Below, piece after piece: positions 9,362 to 16,913 of a stretch of 46,365 nt of DNA. Within the stretch, counting starts at the first letter, position 1, and each line of letters begins with the position of its first letter. The notes under the pieces were generated by a model. It made no database searches, had not been told where the DNA came from, and was given only the letters and a program-made list of their open reading frames with translations. Made by a program: the position numbers and the translations under genes. The stretch spans positions 1-46,365 of the forward strand of contig JAJSAL010000044.1 in NCBI GenBank assembly GCA_024274705.1, given 5' to 3'. This DNA comes from Spirochaetota bacterium (lineage in GTDB: Bacteria > Spirochaetota > Spirochaetia > SPDA01 > JAJSAL01).

Positions 9362-10278
9362 TATCCCAACCTCTTCAGCTGCCGTGTCCGTAACCGGATA
9401 AATCCCATTGCTATCAGCGACATGGAAAGAATGAAGAGGATGGCTGCCGCTGACGAGTAGCCGACCCTCAGAAACTTGATTCCCTGCCTGTAAATGTAGG
9501 TAGGCAGCATTTCCGTAGCATTACCCGGGCCCCCCTGGGTCATGACGAAAATAGTATCGAAAATCTTGAACGCATCGATAAACCTGATCATGGCAACGAT
9601 AATGATAACCGGCGCCGTAATAGGAAAAACAACCATCCTGAAAACGTTCCATGACGAAGCACCGTCAACCCTCGCGGCATCGAGAAAGCTCTTCGGTATT
9701 GCTTTTATAGATGAAAGGACAAGAATTGCGACGAAAGGAACGAACTGCCAGCAGTCAACAAAAATAATCGTATATATGGCGATCCGGTAGTCACCGAGCC
9801 AGGAAACATCGGGAAGCCCGACAATATTGAGAAGATAATTAATGATTCCATATGTCCGGTCCAGCATCATTCTCCACAATGTACCGGAAGCAACAGGAGC
9901 GATAATCATGGGTATGAGGAGGACCGTTATGAGCAGGCGGGACAATTTGTTATCATCGGATAGCATCATGGCAATGATTATTCCAACGACAACCTGGATC
10001 GATACCGAAAGGACTGCAAAAAACACGTTATTCCTGAGTGCCTGGAGAAAAAGTTCGTCCTGAAACATTCCGATATAATTCTGGAGCCCGATAAAAATGG
10101 GCCGGGGCTGCAGATTGAGCTTGTATTTGAAAAAACTCAGCACAAAACCGTACCCGAGAGGAATAAAGGCAGCCACAAGAAGGATTACGAACACCGGGAC
10201 CAGAAAGAGCCATGAATAGAGTATATCTGTTCGATCCTGGGCGATGGTACGCGAAATCAACATGAAAAGGACCTCCAA
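9361..10278 (-). CDS. Carbohydrate ABC transporter permease (MalF-like).
   Basis: Polytopic membrane protein with a permease EAA motif region (LDAARVDGASSWNVFRMVVFP). Confidence 0.8.
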   Translation of the reverse strand: MEVLFMLISRTIAQDRTDILYSWLFLVPVFVILLVAAFIPLGYGFVLSFFKYKLNLQPRPIFIGLQNYIGMFQDELFLQALRNNVFFAVLSVSIQVVVGIIIAMMLSDDNKLSRLLITVLLIPMIIAPVASGTLWRMMLDRTYGIINYLLNIVGLPDVSWLGDYRIAIYTIIFVDCWQFVPFVAILVLSSIKAIPKSFLDAARVDGASSWNVFRMVVFPITAPVIIIVAMIRFIDAFKIFDTIFVMTQGGPGNATEMLPTYIYRQGIKFLRVGYSSAAAILFILSMSLIAMGFIRLRTRQLKRLG

Positions 10279-10346
10279 AAAAGGGGTCAGACCACTCTAT
10301 TATGAACAGTCCAACCCCACAATATCAATGACAGCAGGCGCTCTCT

Positions 10347-11645
10347 CTACCTGCCGGTATTCTTGACCCCCTGGGGCGGCGGATAATCCGAAAGGATTTT
10401 ACCTAAACCGTCCGCCATGAAGGATACCGCTTTATCCATGTTCCACTGACCGGTTACGAAGTTAGCTACGGAATCCCGGATAACCGCTTCGGCCATTGTT
10501 CCGGCAGGAATTCTCCACCAGATGATCGCTCCCCTCTCTGAAGCTTCTTTGTGGGGATACAGCTTGCTGTTTTTTACCTCAGGCTTATTCCATACGGAGA
10601 TTCTCGACGGAAGTATGGAGTAGTCCACAAAGTTCTGCAGCTGCTTTTCCTTGCTTGTATAGAATTTTATCCATTCCCATGCAGCGTCCTTATTCTTTGC
10701 TGCTTTCGGTATCCCCATGTCCCAGGAAGAAAGCACGGTAACGCCGTTTTTTGCGAAAGGAATCGGTGCAATCGCCCATTTCCCTACAACCTTGGATTTC
10801 TCAGGGTCATCCCCGTTGGGAGCAATGGTAAGGGTCGGCCAGGAAAATGCAATGGCTGCGTTGCCCTGAAGGAAAGCGGCATCGGACTCAGGCAGTCCCC
10901 ATGACGGAGCAGCCGGATCGGCATAATCGAACCACTTCTTCACGATAGTGAGGGCTTCCCTGGTCTCCGGGGAGTCGATGGTCAGGTTCCAGTTTTCGTC
11001 GGCCCACCTGCCGCCCAATGACCATTGTACCATCATCCAGAGTCCGCTCAACTGCTCCTTCACACCGGGAATAGCAACAGCGTAGAACTTATTGACGGGA
11101 TCGTGGAGGCTGTCACAAATTGCGAAGAACTCGTCCCATGTCTGGGGAAACGTATCGATTAAATCGGTCCGGTACGCCAGTGTTTGCGGGGTGTTTGAGA
11201 ATGGAATTCCCATAATCTTGCCGGCCCACTTCCCGGACTGCTCCCAGAGCCCCGGGAGAATATCCCCGGAATCCCAGTTATCACGTTCTATATACGGTTT
11301 TAAATCAACCATATAGGGTTCGAACTCACCGTCCCATTGGCATGCGGGGGTCACCACATCATAGGTGGAATCTCCCGTGGACAGGGCAAGACCCATTTTC
11401 TCATACAGGGTGATGTACGGAAAATCCACAACCTCAAGCTCTATTCCTGTCTTATCCTTGAACTCGGATGCATACTCTTTCGCCGCATCTGCATACGTCG
11501 CTGAAAAATACAACACCGTCACCTTCTGGCCTGCATAGGGTTTCCCCTCTTCCGCTGCAGCAGGGGCTTCCTTTTGCCCTCCCGCAAAAACACCGAACAC
11601 TGCCGAAGTAAGCAGCACCAGGGTCAGTAGCCCAATCTTCTTCAT
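10347..11645 (-). CDS. ABC transporter extracellular solute-binding protein (sugar-binding family 1).
   Basis: Signal peptide MKKIGLLTLVLLTSAVFGVFAGG. It is ~430 aa and sits in an operon with two permeases. Confidence 0.8.
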   Translation of the reverse strand: MKKIGLLTLVLLTSAVFGVFAGGQKEAPAAAEEGKPYAGQKVTVLYFSATYADAAKEYASEFKDKTGIELEVVDFPYITLYEKMGLALSTGDSTYDVVTPACQWDGEFEPYMVDLKPYIERDNWDSGDILPGLWEQSGKWAGKIMGIPFSNTPQTLAYRTDLIDTFPQTWDEFFAICDSLHDPVNKFYAVAIPGVKEQLSGLWMMVQWSLGGRWADENWNLTIDSPETREALTIVKKWFDYADPAAPSWGLPESDAAFLQGNAAIAFSWPTLTIAPNGDDPEKSKVVGKWAIAPIPFAKNGVTVLSSWDMGIPKAAKNKDAAWEWIKFYTSKEKQLQNFVDYSILPSRISVWNKPEVKNSKLYPHKEASERGAIIWWRIPAGTMAEAVIRDSVANFVTGQWNMDKAVSFMADGLGKILSDYPPPQGVKNTGR

Positions 11646-11700
11646 TTTTCACTCCTTTTATTATAGCGCTGGAATGGTGCGATTATACAGTAGCCCCTTG

Positions 11701-11713
11701 CTCTTGTCAAGAG
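11701..11713. promoter_or_regulatory. Perfect palindrome CTCTTG-T-CAAGAG in the divergent intergenic region, a candidate operator (possibly for the ROK regulator).
   Basis: Read directly from the sequence. It lies between the divergently transcribed SBP gene and the URO-D/AGE operon. Confidence 0.3.
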
Positions 11714-11758
11714 TTAATGTAAATATTACATAATGTTAAGATGTGAAGGTCTATATTA

Positions 11759-11787
11759 TTGACATATTACTAAATATGACCAATAAT
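11759..11787 (+). promoter_or_regulatory. Candidate sigma70 promoter TTGACA-17-AATAAT for the URO-D-fragment / AGE / URO-D operon.
   Basis: Hexamers read directly. They lie ~40 nt upstream of the ATG at 11827, which has an AAGAGGAAG Shine-Dalgarno. Confidence 0.35.
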
Positions 11788-11826
11788 ATACAATCTTACC
11801 ATAATAATATTATCAAGAGGAAGTAC

Positions 11827-12447
11827 ATGGGTGACACGGGATTCATTCGTATCGAAAACGCTCTGTTAAAGAAACCGAACTACCGTATCCCCTGCTTTCC
11901 CCTGATAGATGCGGCCTTCGCATCATCCTGCAGCGCAGGGATCAGGTTTGCCTGGATCGGGGAAGGGTTAGGTTCCGGAAGTCTTATTTCACCGGAACAG
12001 TACAAGGAGTTTGTTCTCCCCTTCGAGAAGATAATAGCTGATCGTTTTCGCAGCCAAGGTGTGTTAACCTTTCTCCATATTTGCGGCAACACTACGAACG
12101 CCCCTACATATATCGCCCGTTCCGGTGTTGACGGTTTCGATCTGGATTATCCTGTCGATATAACCGTGGCTGTCGATGCCCTCTACCCGGAAATCACGAT
12201 CAAAGGGAATATCAATCCCGGTTTATTCCTGCCCGGCAGATCAGAGGAGTTGGAACGTGCATGCAGAGACACTATTGCAGTTGCGAAAAATCTGAACAAC
12301 TTTATCTTTTCAACAGGCTGTCTCGTGCCCAGAGATTCCTCGAAGGAAGCCTTTTACACGATGCAGGATCATGTAGTTTACAATAGAAGGAGTAGGTCTT
12401 ATGGATATCAAGCGAATAGAAGAGTTGACGACCCGGTTTTACCGTGA
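11827..12447 (+). CDS. Truncated URO-D/MtaA-like protein. Only the C-terminal ~200 residues of the fold are present; it retains the zinc-ligand-like HICG and GC motifs.
   Basis: LTFLHICGNT and FSTGCLVP correspond to the MtaA/CmuA His-x-Cys...Cys zinc motif. The N-terminal ~130 residues of the fold have no counterpart upstream, where the sequence is an AT-rich promoter. A good Shine-Dalgarno precedes the ATG at 11827. Confidence 0.55.
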   Translation: MGDTGFIRIENALLKKPNYRIPCFPLIDAAFASSCSAGIRFAWIGEGLGSGSLISPEQYKEFVLPFEKIIADRFRSQGVLTFLHICGNTTNAPTYIARSGVDGFDLDYPVDITVAVDALYPEITIKGNINPGLFLPGRSEELERACRDTIAVAKNLNNFIFSTGCLVPRDSSKEAFYTMQDHVVYNRRSRSYGYQANRRVDDPVLP

Positions 12448-13645
12448 TCTGGTGGAGGACACACTTCCTTTCTGGATAAAAAACGGAATTGACCGCACCT
12501 ACGGCGGTTATACGACCTTCCTGGACAGGAAGGGGGAGATGTTGAGTACTCATAAGCCTATGTGGGTGATGGGCCGGTTCGCATGGCTCCTCGCCAGGTT
12601 ATACAATACTCTCGAAGCACGGGAGGAGTGGCTGGAGCTGGCACAACACGGAATAGCCTTTATCCGTAAATACGGGTTCGATAATGACGGCCGGATGTTT
12701 TATGCAGTCGAACAGGACGGAAGACCTATCCGAAAAAGAAGATACCTGTTCACGGAAACCTTCGGCGTCATCGCCCTGGCAGAATACGCCAGGGCTGCAG
12801 GAGATAAAGATGCATTTGCTTTGGCTGAAAAAACGATGGGACTGATCCTGGAATTCTACAACGATCCCTCCAGGCTCGAAGCGAAATTCCTTCCGGATAA
12901 TTACTCGGTGAGAGATCACTCCACGGCCATGATTCAAATCAACACTCTGCAGGTTCTCAGAAGCGCTGCAATAGCTCTGGAAGAGAACGTTGAAATCGAA
13001 GGGTACGGCGATTATCAAAGTCTCATAGATCATGCAATTGATGAGATATTTTCCTATTTCGTAAAGCCTGAAAAAAAAGCAGTGCTGGAAACTGTCGGTC
13101 TCCAGGGGGAGTACTTAGGCTCAATCCCCGAAGGGCGCTGCATCAACCCCGGGCATCCCATAGAAACCGCATGGTTCATCATGGAAGAGGGAAAACACAG
13201 AAACGATGCCGAACTGATCAGGAAAGCTCTCCCCCTCCTCGAATGGTCCCTGGACCGGGGGTGGGATACGGAATACGGCGGTTTATTCTACTTCGTCGAT
13301 ATCGAAGGCCGGCAGCCGGTACAACTGGAGTGGGATATGAAATTATGGTGGCCTCACAATGAAGCGATATACGCCACCATTCTCGCATATTCCTTAACAG
13401 GTGAGGACAAGTTCGAAAAATGGTTCGAAAAACTCTATGAGTGGTCCCTCACACGGTTTCCGGACAGGGAATATGGTGAATGGATCGGATATCTTCACCG
13501 GGATGGAAGCCCTGCACTGGATATGAAAGGTAATTACTTTAAAGGCCCCTTCCACCTTCCCAGGCAGCAGCTTAACTGCTGCCTTCTGATGAAAGGAATG
13601 CAGGAAAAGGGAGGGAGAGAGCCCGGCTTGAGAACCGAAACATGA
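12401..13645 (+). CDS. N-acylglucosamine 2-epimerase (AGE) family protein, covering the cellobiose/mannose/sulfoquinovose epimerase-isomerase family.
   Basis: The motifs YGGYTTFLDRKGE...KPMWVMGRFAWLLARLYN are typical of the AGE family (alpha6/alpha6 barrel). The Shine-Dalgarno is GAAGGAG. Confidence 0.8.
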   Translation: MDIKRIEELTTRFYRDLVEDTLPFWIKNGIDRTYGGYTTFLDRKGEMLSTHKPMWVMGRFAWLLARLYNTLEAREEWLELAQHGIAFIRKYGFDNDGRMFYAVEQDGRPIRKRRYLFTETFGVIALAEYARAAGDKDAFALAEKTMGLILEFYNDPSRLEAKFLPDNYSVRDHSTAMIQINTLQVLRSAAIALEENVEIEGYGDYQSLIDHAIDEIFSYFVKPEKKAVLETVGLQGEYLGSIPEGRCINPGHPIETAWFIMEEGKHRNDAELIRKALPLLEWSLDRGWDTEYGGLFYFVDIEGRQPVQLEWDMKLWWPHNEAIYATILAYSLTGEDKFEKWFEKLYEWSLTRFPDREYGEWIGYLHRDGSPALDMKGNYFKGPFHLPRQQLNCCLLMKGMQEKGGREPGLRTET

Positions 13646-14658
13646 CTTCCCTGGAACGCACCAGGAGGGCCATCAGAGGCGAACCGGTAGATCACATACC
13701 TTTTTTCCCCATTTCTCTTGCAAGCACCTGCCGGATCATGGGAGTTAAACAGCGATGCTTCTCCCTCGAACCGGAGGTCATGGCTGAAACCCTTATCAGG
13801 TTCCGCGAGAGGATCGGCTGCGACGGTATTTATGTCTCCAGGGATAACTGGGTGTACCACCAGGCCCTGGGAGGCGAAGTGGTATTTCCCGAAGATGCCG
13901 AATCCTTTGCGGAAGAGACTGTTCTGCAGCGGATAGGAGGGTTTAACAAGCTTTCCATCCCCGAACCATGGAACTCGCCGGGGATGAATACGGTGCTCAC
14001 CGCCGCCCGGATGGTCGTGGATGCCCTGGGTGATAGTTATTACATCCAGGCGAATATAGATACCGGTCCATTCAGTCTAGGAGGTGTTCTTCTTGGTGCG
14101 GAGAGGTTCCTTCATACTATCGTATCCGAAAAGGAAGCTGAGGTTCAAAAGTTTCTGGAATTCTGTACAGATGTCGTAGTTGCGTATGGAAAGGCGATGA
14201 TTGAAACCGGGGTACACGGTATCCAGTTCGGAGACTCCCTTGCCAGCTTGTTAGGAGCGGAACACTTTAAACAATTTGCACTTCCATGGGAACAGGAAGC
14301 GGCAAACAGGCTTGGGAATCGTAATTGTGACATATGGATTCATATTTGCGGTAAAACCGACCAGTTTCTGCACCTTCTTCGGAAGGTAAACATACAGGGA
14401 TTCGAAGTTGATGCGAAAGTTCCCATGACGCTTGCCAGAGAACTCCTGGGAAAGGAAATCGCCCTTAAAGGGAACTTGGATACCACGTTTCTCCTCCAGG
14501 CAACGTCACAAGCAGTGTACAAGACTGCGCTGGATATATTACGCAGCGGCGGGTTCAAAACAGGTGTCATTATGTCTCCAGGATGCGGAGTACCACGTAT
14601 GACCCCAACGGAAAATCTCCTTGCTATCCGGCAGGCATGTAAAGACTACACGGTATAA
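13642..14658 (+). CDS. URO-D/MtaA-like protein (methyltransferase-fold, zinc-motif-containing), full length.
   Basis: N-terminus RTRRAIRGEPVDHIPFFP, plus IWIHICGKT (H-x-C) and a C-terminal SPGCGVP, as in corrinoid:CoM methyltransferase MtaA/MtbA. Its start overlaps the AGE stop (ATGA). Confidence 0.7.
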   Translation: MTSLERTRRAIRGEPVDHIPFFPISLASTCRIMGVKQRCFSLEPEVMAETLIRFRERIGCDGIYVSRDNWVYHQALGGEVVFPEDAESFAEETVLQRIGGFNKLSIPEPWNSPGMNTVLTAARMVVDALGDSYYIQANIDTGPFSLGGVLLGAERFLHTIVSEKEAEVQKFLEFCTDVVVAYGKAMIETGVHGIQFGDSLASLLGAEHFKQFALPWEQEAANRLGNRNCDIWIHICGKTDQFLHLLRKVNIQGFEVDAKVPMTLARELLGKEIALKGNLDTTFLLQATSQAVYKTALDILRSGGFKTGVIMSPGCGVPRMTPTENLLAIRQACKDYTV

Positions 14659-14708
14659 ACTTGGTACTCTCAACAGGAAAAAGGTAGGTGTTTTGAACGG
14701 GAAATTGT

Positions 14709-14736
14709 TTGACTTTATCAGGTAACCATGTATAAT
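14709..14736 (+). promoter_or_regulatory. Strong sigma70 promoter TTGACT-16-TATAAT for the secreted repeat protein gene.
   Basis: The -35 hexamer is at 14709-14714 and a perfect TATAAT is at 14731-14736, ~80 nt upstream of the ATG at 14819. Confidence 0.6.
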
Positions 14737-14818
14737 CAAAAAAGAGGTCGGATCTATTACCGATCCTGAAAGACATTAAGAAAAATGAAATCACATACGT
14801 TGTAACGAGGGGATTAAT

Positions 14819-15715
14819 ATGAGAAAAACACTTCTGATTACTGTAATCGTCTTTCTGACCATCTCCGGTCTGGTATTCGGCCAGCAGAAAAAAATCTACA
14901 ACGACGGAGAAATCGATTATGTCCCTATGTCTGCAAAATTCGTCCTGGATGCCCAGGATGACGAATCTTCTCTCAAGGAGATCCAGTATTCTGTGGACGG
15001 CGGACCGATCAAGACGTACACAGAACCCATCTCTTTTTCCACAGAAGGGCGCCATGTTATCGCTTACAGAGCCATCGATCAAACGGGAAACATCTCGAAC
15101 GAAACCTTCTACTCATGTATTGTCGACGCAACTCCACCGATTATCAGCGTATCCGCCAACGGGCCTGCATATGTGCTGAATGACAAGGCATATTTAACCA
15201 GTAAAACCTCGATCATTCTTTCAGCGGAAGACGATCTTTCCGGACTGTCCGCAATCTATGTCAGCCTTGACGGCGGCAGCTATATCCGGTACACCGGTGC
15301 CGCGTTTATCACCGAGGAGGGAGTGCATATCGGGAAAGCCTATGCCATGGACAATGTAGGGAACAAAACGAAAACATACATCGTGGAGGGGGTTATCGAC
15401 AACACGCCTCCCCGTGTATCGATCATGCCGAAAGAACGTCTTATCAATATGCAGGGCAGTAAATACACCAGTTCCACCAATCAGTTCTCCATCAGTGCAT
15501 CCGACGTAACTTCCGGGGTCAAGGAAATCCTGGTTTCCATAGACAGGGGGGAATACTTCACCTATGTGGAACCCTTCAAGATCCAGAAACCCGGTTTTCA
15601 TTCTATCCGCGCAAAAGCGTCGGACTACCTGGATAATGTATCCAGCGTTACCGAGCTTACCTTCAATGTAGATGTAAACAAGCCGAAAGCAAATCTGCAG
15701 ACGGTTATCGAATAA
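14819..15715 (+). CDS. Secreted protein with three tandem ~70-aa Ig-like beta-sandwich repeats (CHB_HEX_C-like / OmpL47-type).
   Basis: Signal peptide MRKTLLITVIVFLTISGLVFGQ. The three repeats share the pattern Y-S/V-[LV]DGG...Y...[FI].....G.H.....A.D..GN (IQYSVDGGPIKTY.., IYVSLDGGSYIRY.., ILVSIDRGEYFTY..). Confidence 0.7.
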   Translation: MRKTLLITVIVFLTISGLVFGQQKKIYNDGEIDYVPMSAKFVLDAQDDESSLKEIQYSVDGGPIKTYTEPISFSTEGRHVIAYRAIDQTGNISNETFYSCIVDATPPIISVSANGPAYVLNDKAYLTSKTSIILSAEDDLSGLSAIYVSLDGGSYIRYTGAAFITEEGVHIGKAYAMDNVGNKTKTYIVEGVIDNTPPRVSIMPKERLINMQGSKYTSSTNQFSISASDVTSGVKEILVSIDRGEYFTYVEPFKIQKPGFHSIRAKASDYLDNVSSVTELTFNVDVNKPKANLQTVIE

Positions 15716-15746
15716 CAGTCCACCATTCCATCCGTCATCCAGGCCC

Positions 15747-15789
15747 GGCTTTCCGGTCACGATTCTTTTGTGACGGGAAAGCCTTTTTT
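15747..15789 (+). terminator. Rho-independent terminator after the secreted repeat protein gene.
   Basis: GGCTTTCCGGTCAC-(9 nt loop)-GTGACGGGAAAGCC forms a 14-bp stem with one mismatch, followed by TTTTTT. Confidence 0.75.
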
Positions 15790-15799
15790 AATGAATAAA

Positions 15800-15811
15800 T
15801 GGCACTTGCCA
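15800..15811. promoter_or_regulatory. Palindrome TGGCA-CT-TGCCA upstream of the SPFH operon, a candidate regulator-binding site. A possible -10 TATACT lies at 15837-15842.
   Basis: Read directly. It is not a sigma54 promoter, because the -24 and -12 spacing is wrong. Confidence 0.25.
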
Positions 15812-15876
15812 TCTGTATTTTCAATGCAATCAGTTCTATACTATGATTAGTGATACCGTGTAAACAGGAGGAATAT

Positions 15877-16893
15877 ATGGGTTTGTGGGATAAAGTCAAA
15901 GGTCAGCTTCGTTCGGTCATTCAATGGGAAAACCCATCACCGGATGCCTTGTTCGAACGGTGGACAGACCGTGGTGACGAGATAAAAAACGCTTCAAAAC
16001 TGATCGTAGGCCCCGGGCAGGGGTGTATCTTTATATATGAAGGGAGGGTGGAAGCCATCCTGATGGAAGAAGGTATCACCGACCTTTCCACCGAGAATAT
16101 ACCCTTCTGGACCACCATCTCCAATTTCATGCAGGCCTTCGAAAGTGAACATAAAGTAGGAATCTACTTTTTCCGGCGGACCAAATTCCTGGACCAGAAG
16201 TGGGGAACCCCTTCGGTAGTCAAGTACGAAGATCCGAAGTACAAATTTCCCGTTGGTCTTCGGAGCTTCGGCAACTATACCTTCAGGATAACCGAACCGG
16301 GAGCTTTTTTCGTGAATGTAGTCGGCGGGAGTACCGTATTTTCAGTCGGCGACCTTCGTCAGGTGCTGAATGCCAGGATCATCCAGAATCTTACCGACTA
16401 TATCGCCGAAGCGAAATTCAGCTACGCGGACATCGACGCGAACCGTGAAGAGCTTGCCGCAGGGATTCATGCGAAGATCGCTCCGGAATTTGTAAAACTC
16501 GGCTTTGAAATAAACGACTTCCGTATAGAAGGAACGAGCTTCGACGAAGACACCATGAAGAGGATCAACCGGATTGCGGATATGTCCGCAGAAGCCCAGG
16601 CCGCCCGTGCGGTGGGCCTCGACTATGCACAGATGCAGCAGTTGGAAGCTATGCGGGATGCGGCAAAGAACGAAGGCGGTGCCGCCGGCATGGGCATGTC
16701 CATGGGGGCCGGTCTCCAGTTCGGCCAGATGATGGCTGGATCCATGGCAGGCACACCCCAGCAGTCCCAGGGGAAGGGTTCCGCGCCGGATCCCGTGGAA
16801 AAGCTTAAGAAACTTAAAGTTATGCTGGACTCGGACCTGATCAGCCAGGCGGAGTACGATGAGAAGAAAAAAGAGATCTTAGGCTCGATGTAG
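15877..16893 (+). CDS. Soluble SPFH (band-7/stomatin-like) domain protein with a C-terminal SHOCT domain.
   Basis: Start taken at MGLWDKV, which follows an AGGAGG Shine-Dalgarno. The SPFH-like core is followed by a Gly/Met/Ala-rich linker and the C-terminal KLKKLKVMLDSDLISQAEYDEKKKEIL, which matches the SHOCT motif. Confidence 0.75.
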   Translation: MGLWDKVKGQLRSVIQWENPSPDALFERWTDRGDEIKNASKLIVGPGQGCIFIYEGRVEAILMEEGITDLSTENIPFWTTISNFMQAFESEHKVGIYFFRRTKFLDQKWGTPSVVKYEDPKYKFPVGLRSFGNYTFRITEPGAFFVNVVGGSTVFSVGDLRQVLNARIIQNLTDYIAEAKFSYADIDANREELAAGIHAKIAPEFVKLGFEINDFRIEGTSFDEDTMKRINRIADMSAEAQAARAVGLDYAQMQQLEAMRDAAKNEGGAAGMGMSMGAGLQFGQMMAGSMAGTPQQSQGKGSAPDPVEKLKKLKVMLDSDLISQAEYDEKKKEILGSM

Positions 16894-16913
16894 TCATCGC
16901 AGAGGTAAAAACC

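Noticed and set aside
11300-11330. GGTTCGAA motifs resembling a tRNA T-loop (also at ~39040).
   Set aside because: They are embedded in confidently coding frames (SBP and OFOR gamma genes), with no surrounding cloverleaf complementarity.
15800-15811. TGGCAC...TTGC read as a sigma54 -24/-12 promoter.
   Set aside because: The GG and GC elements are adjacent, with 0-nt spacing instead of the required ~5 nt between TGGCAC and TTGCA. It is better described as a simple palindrome.
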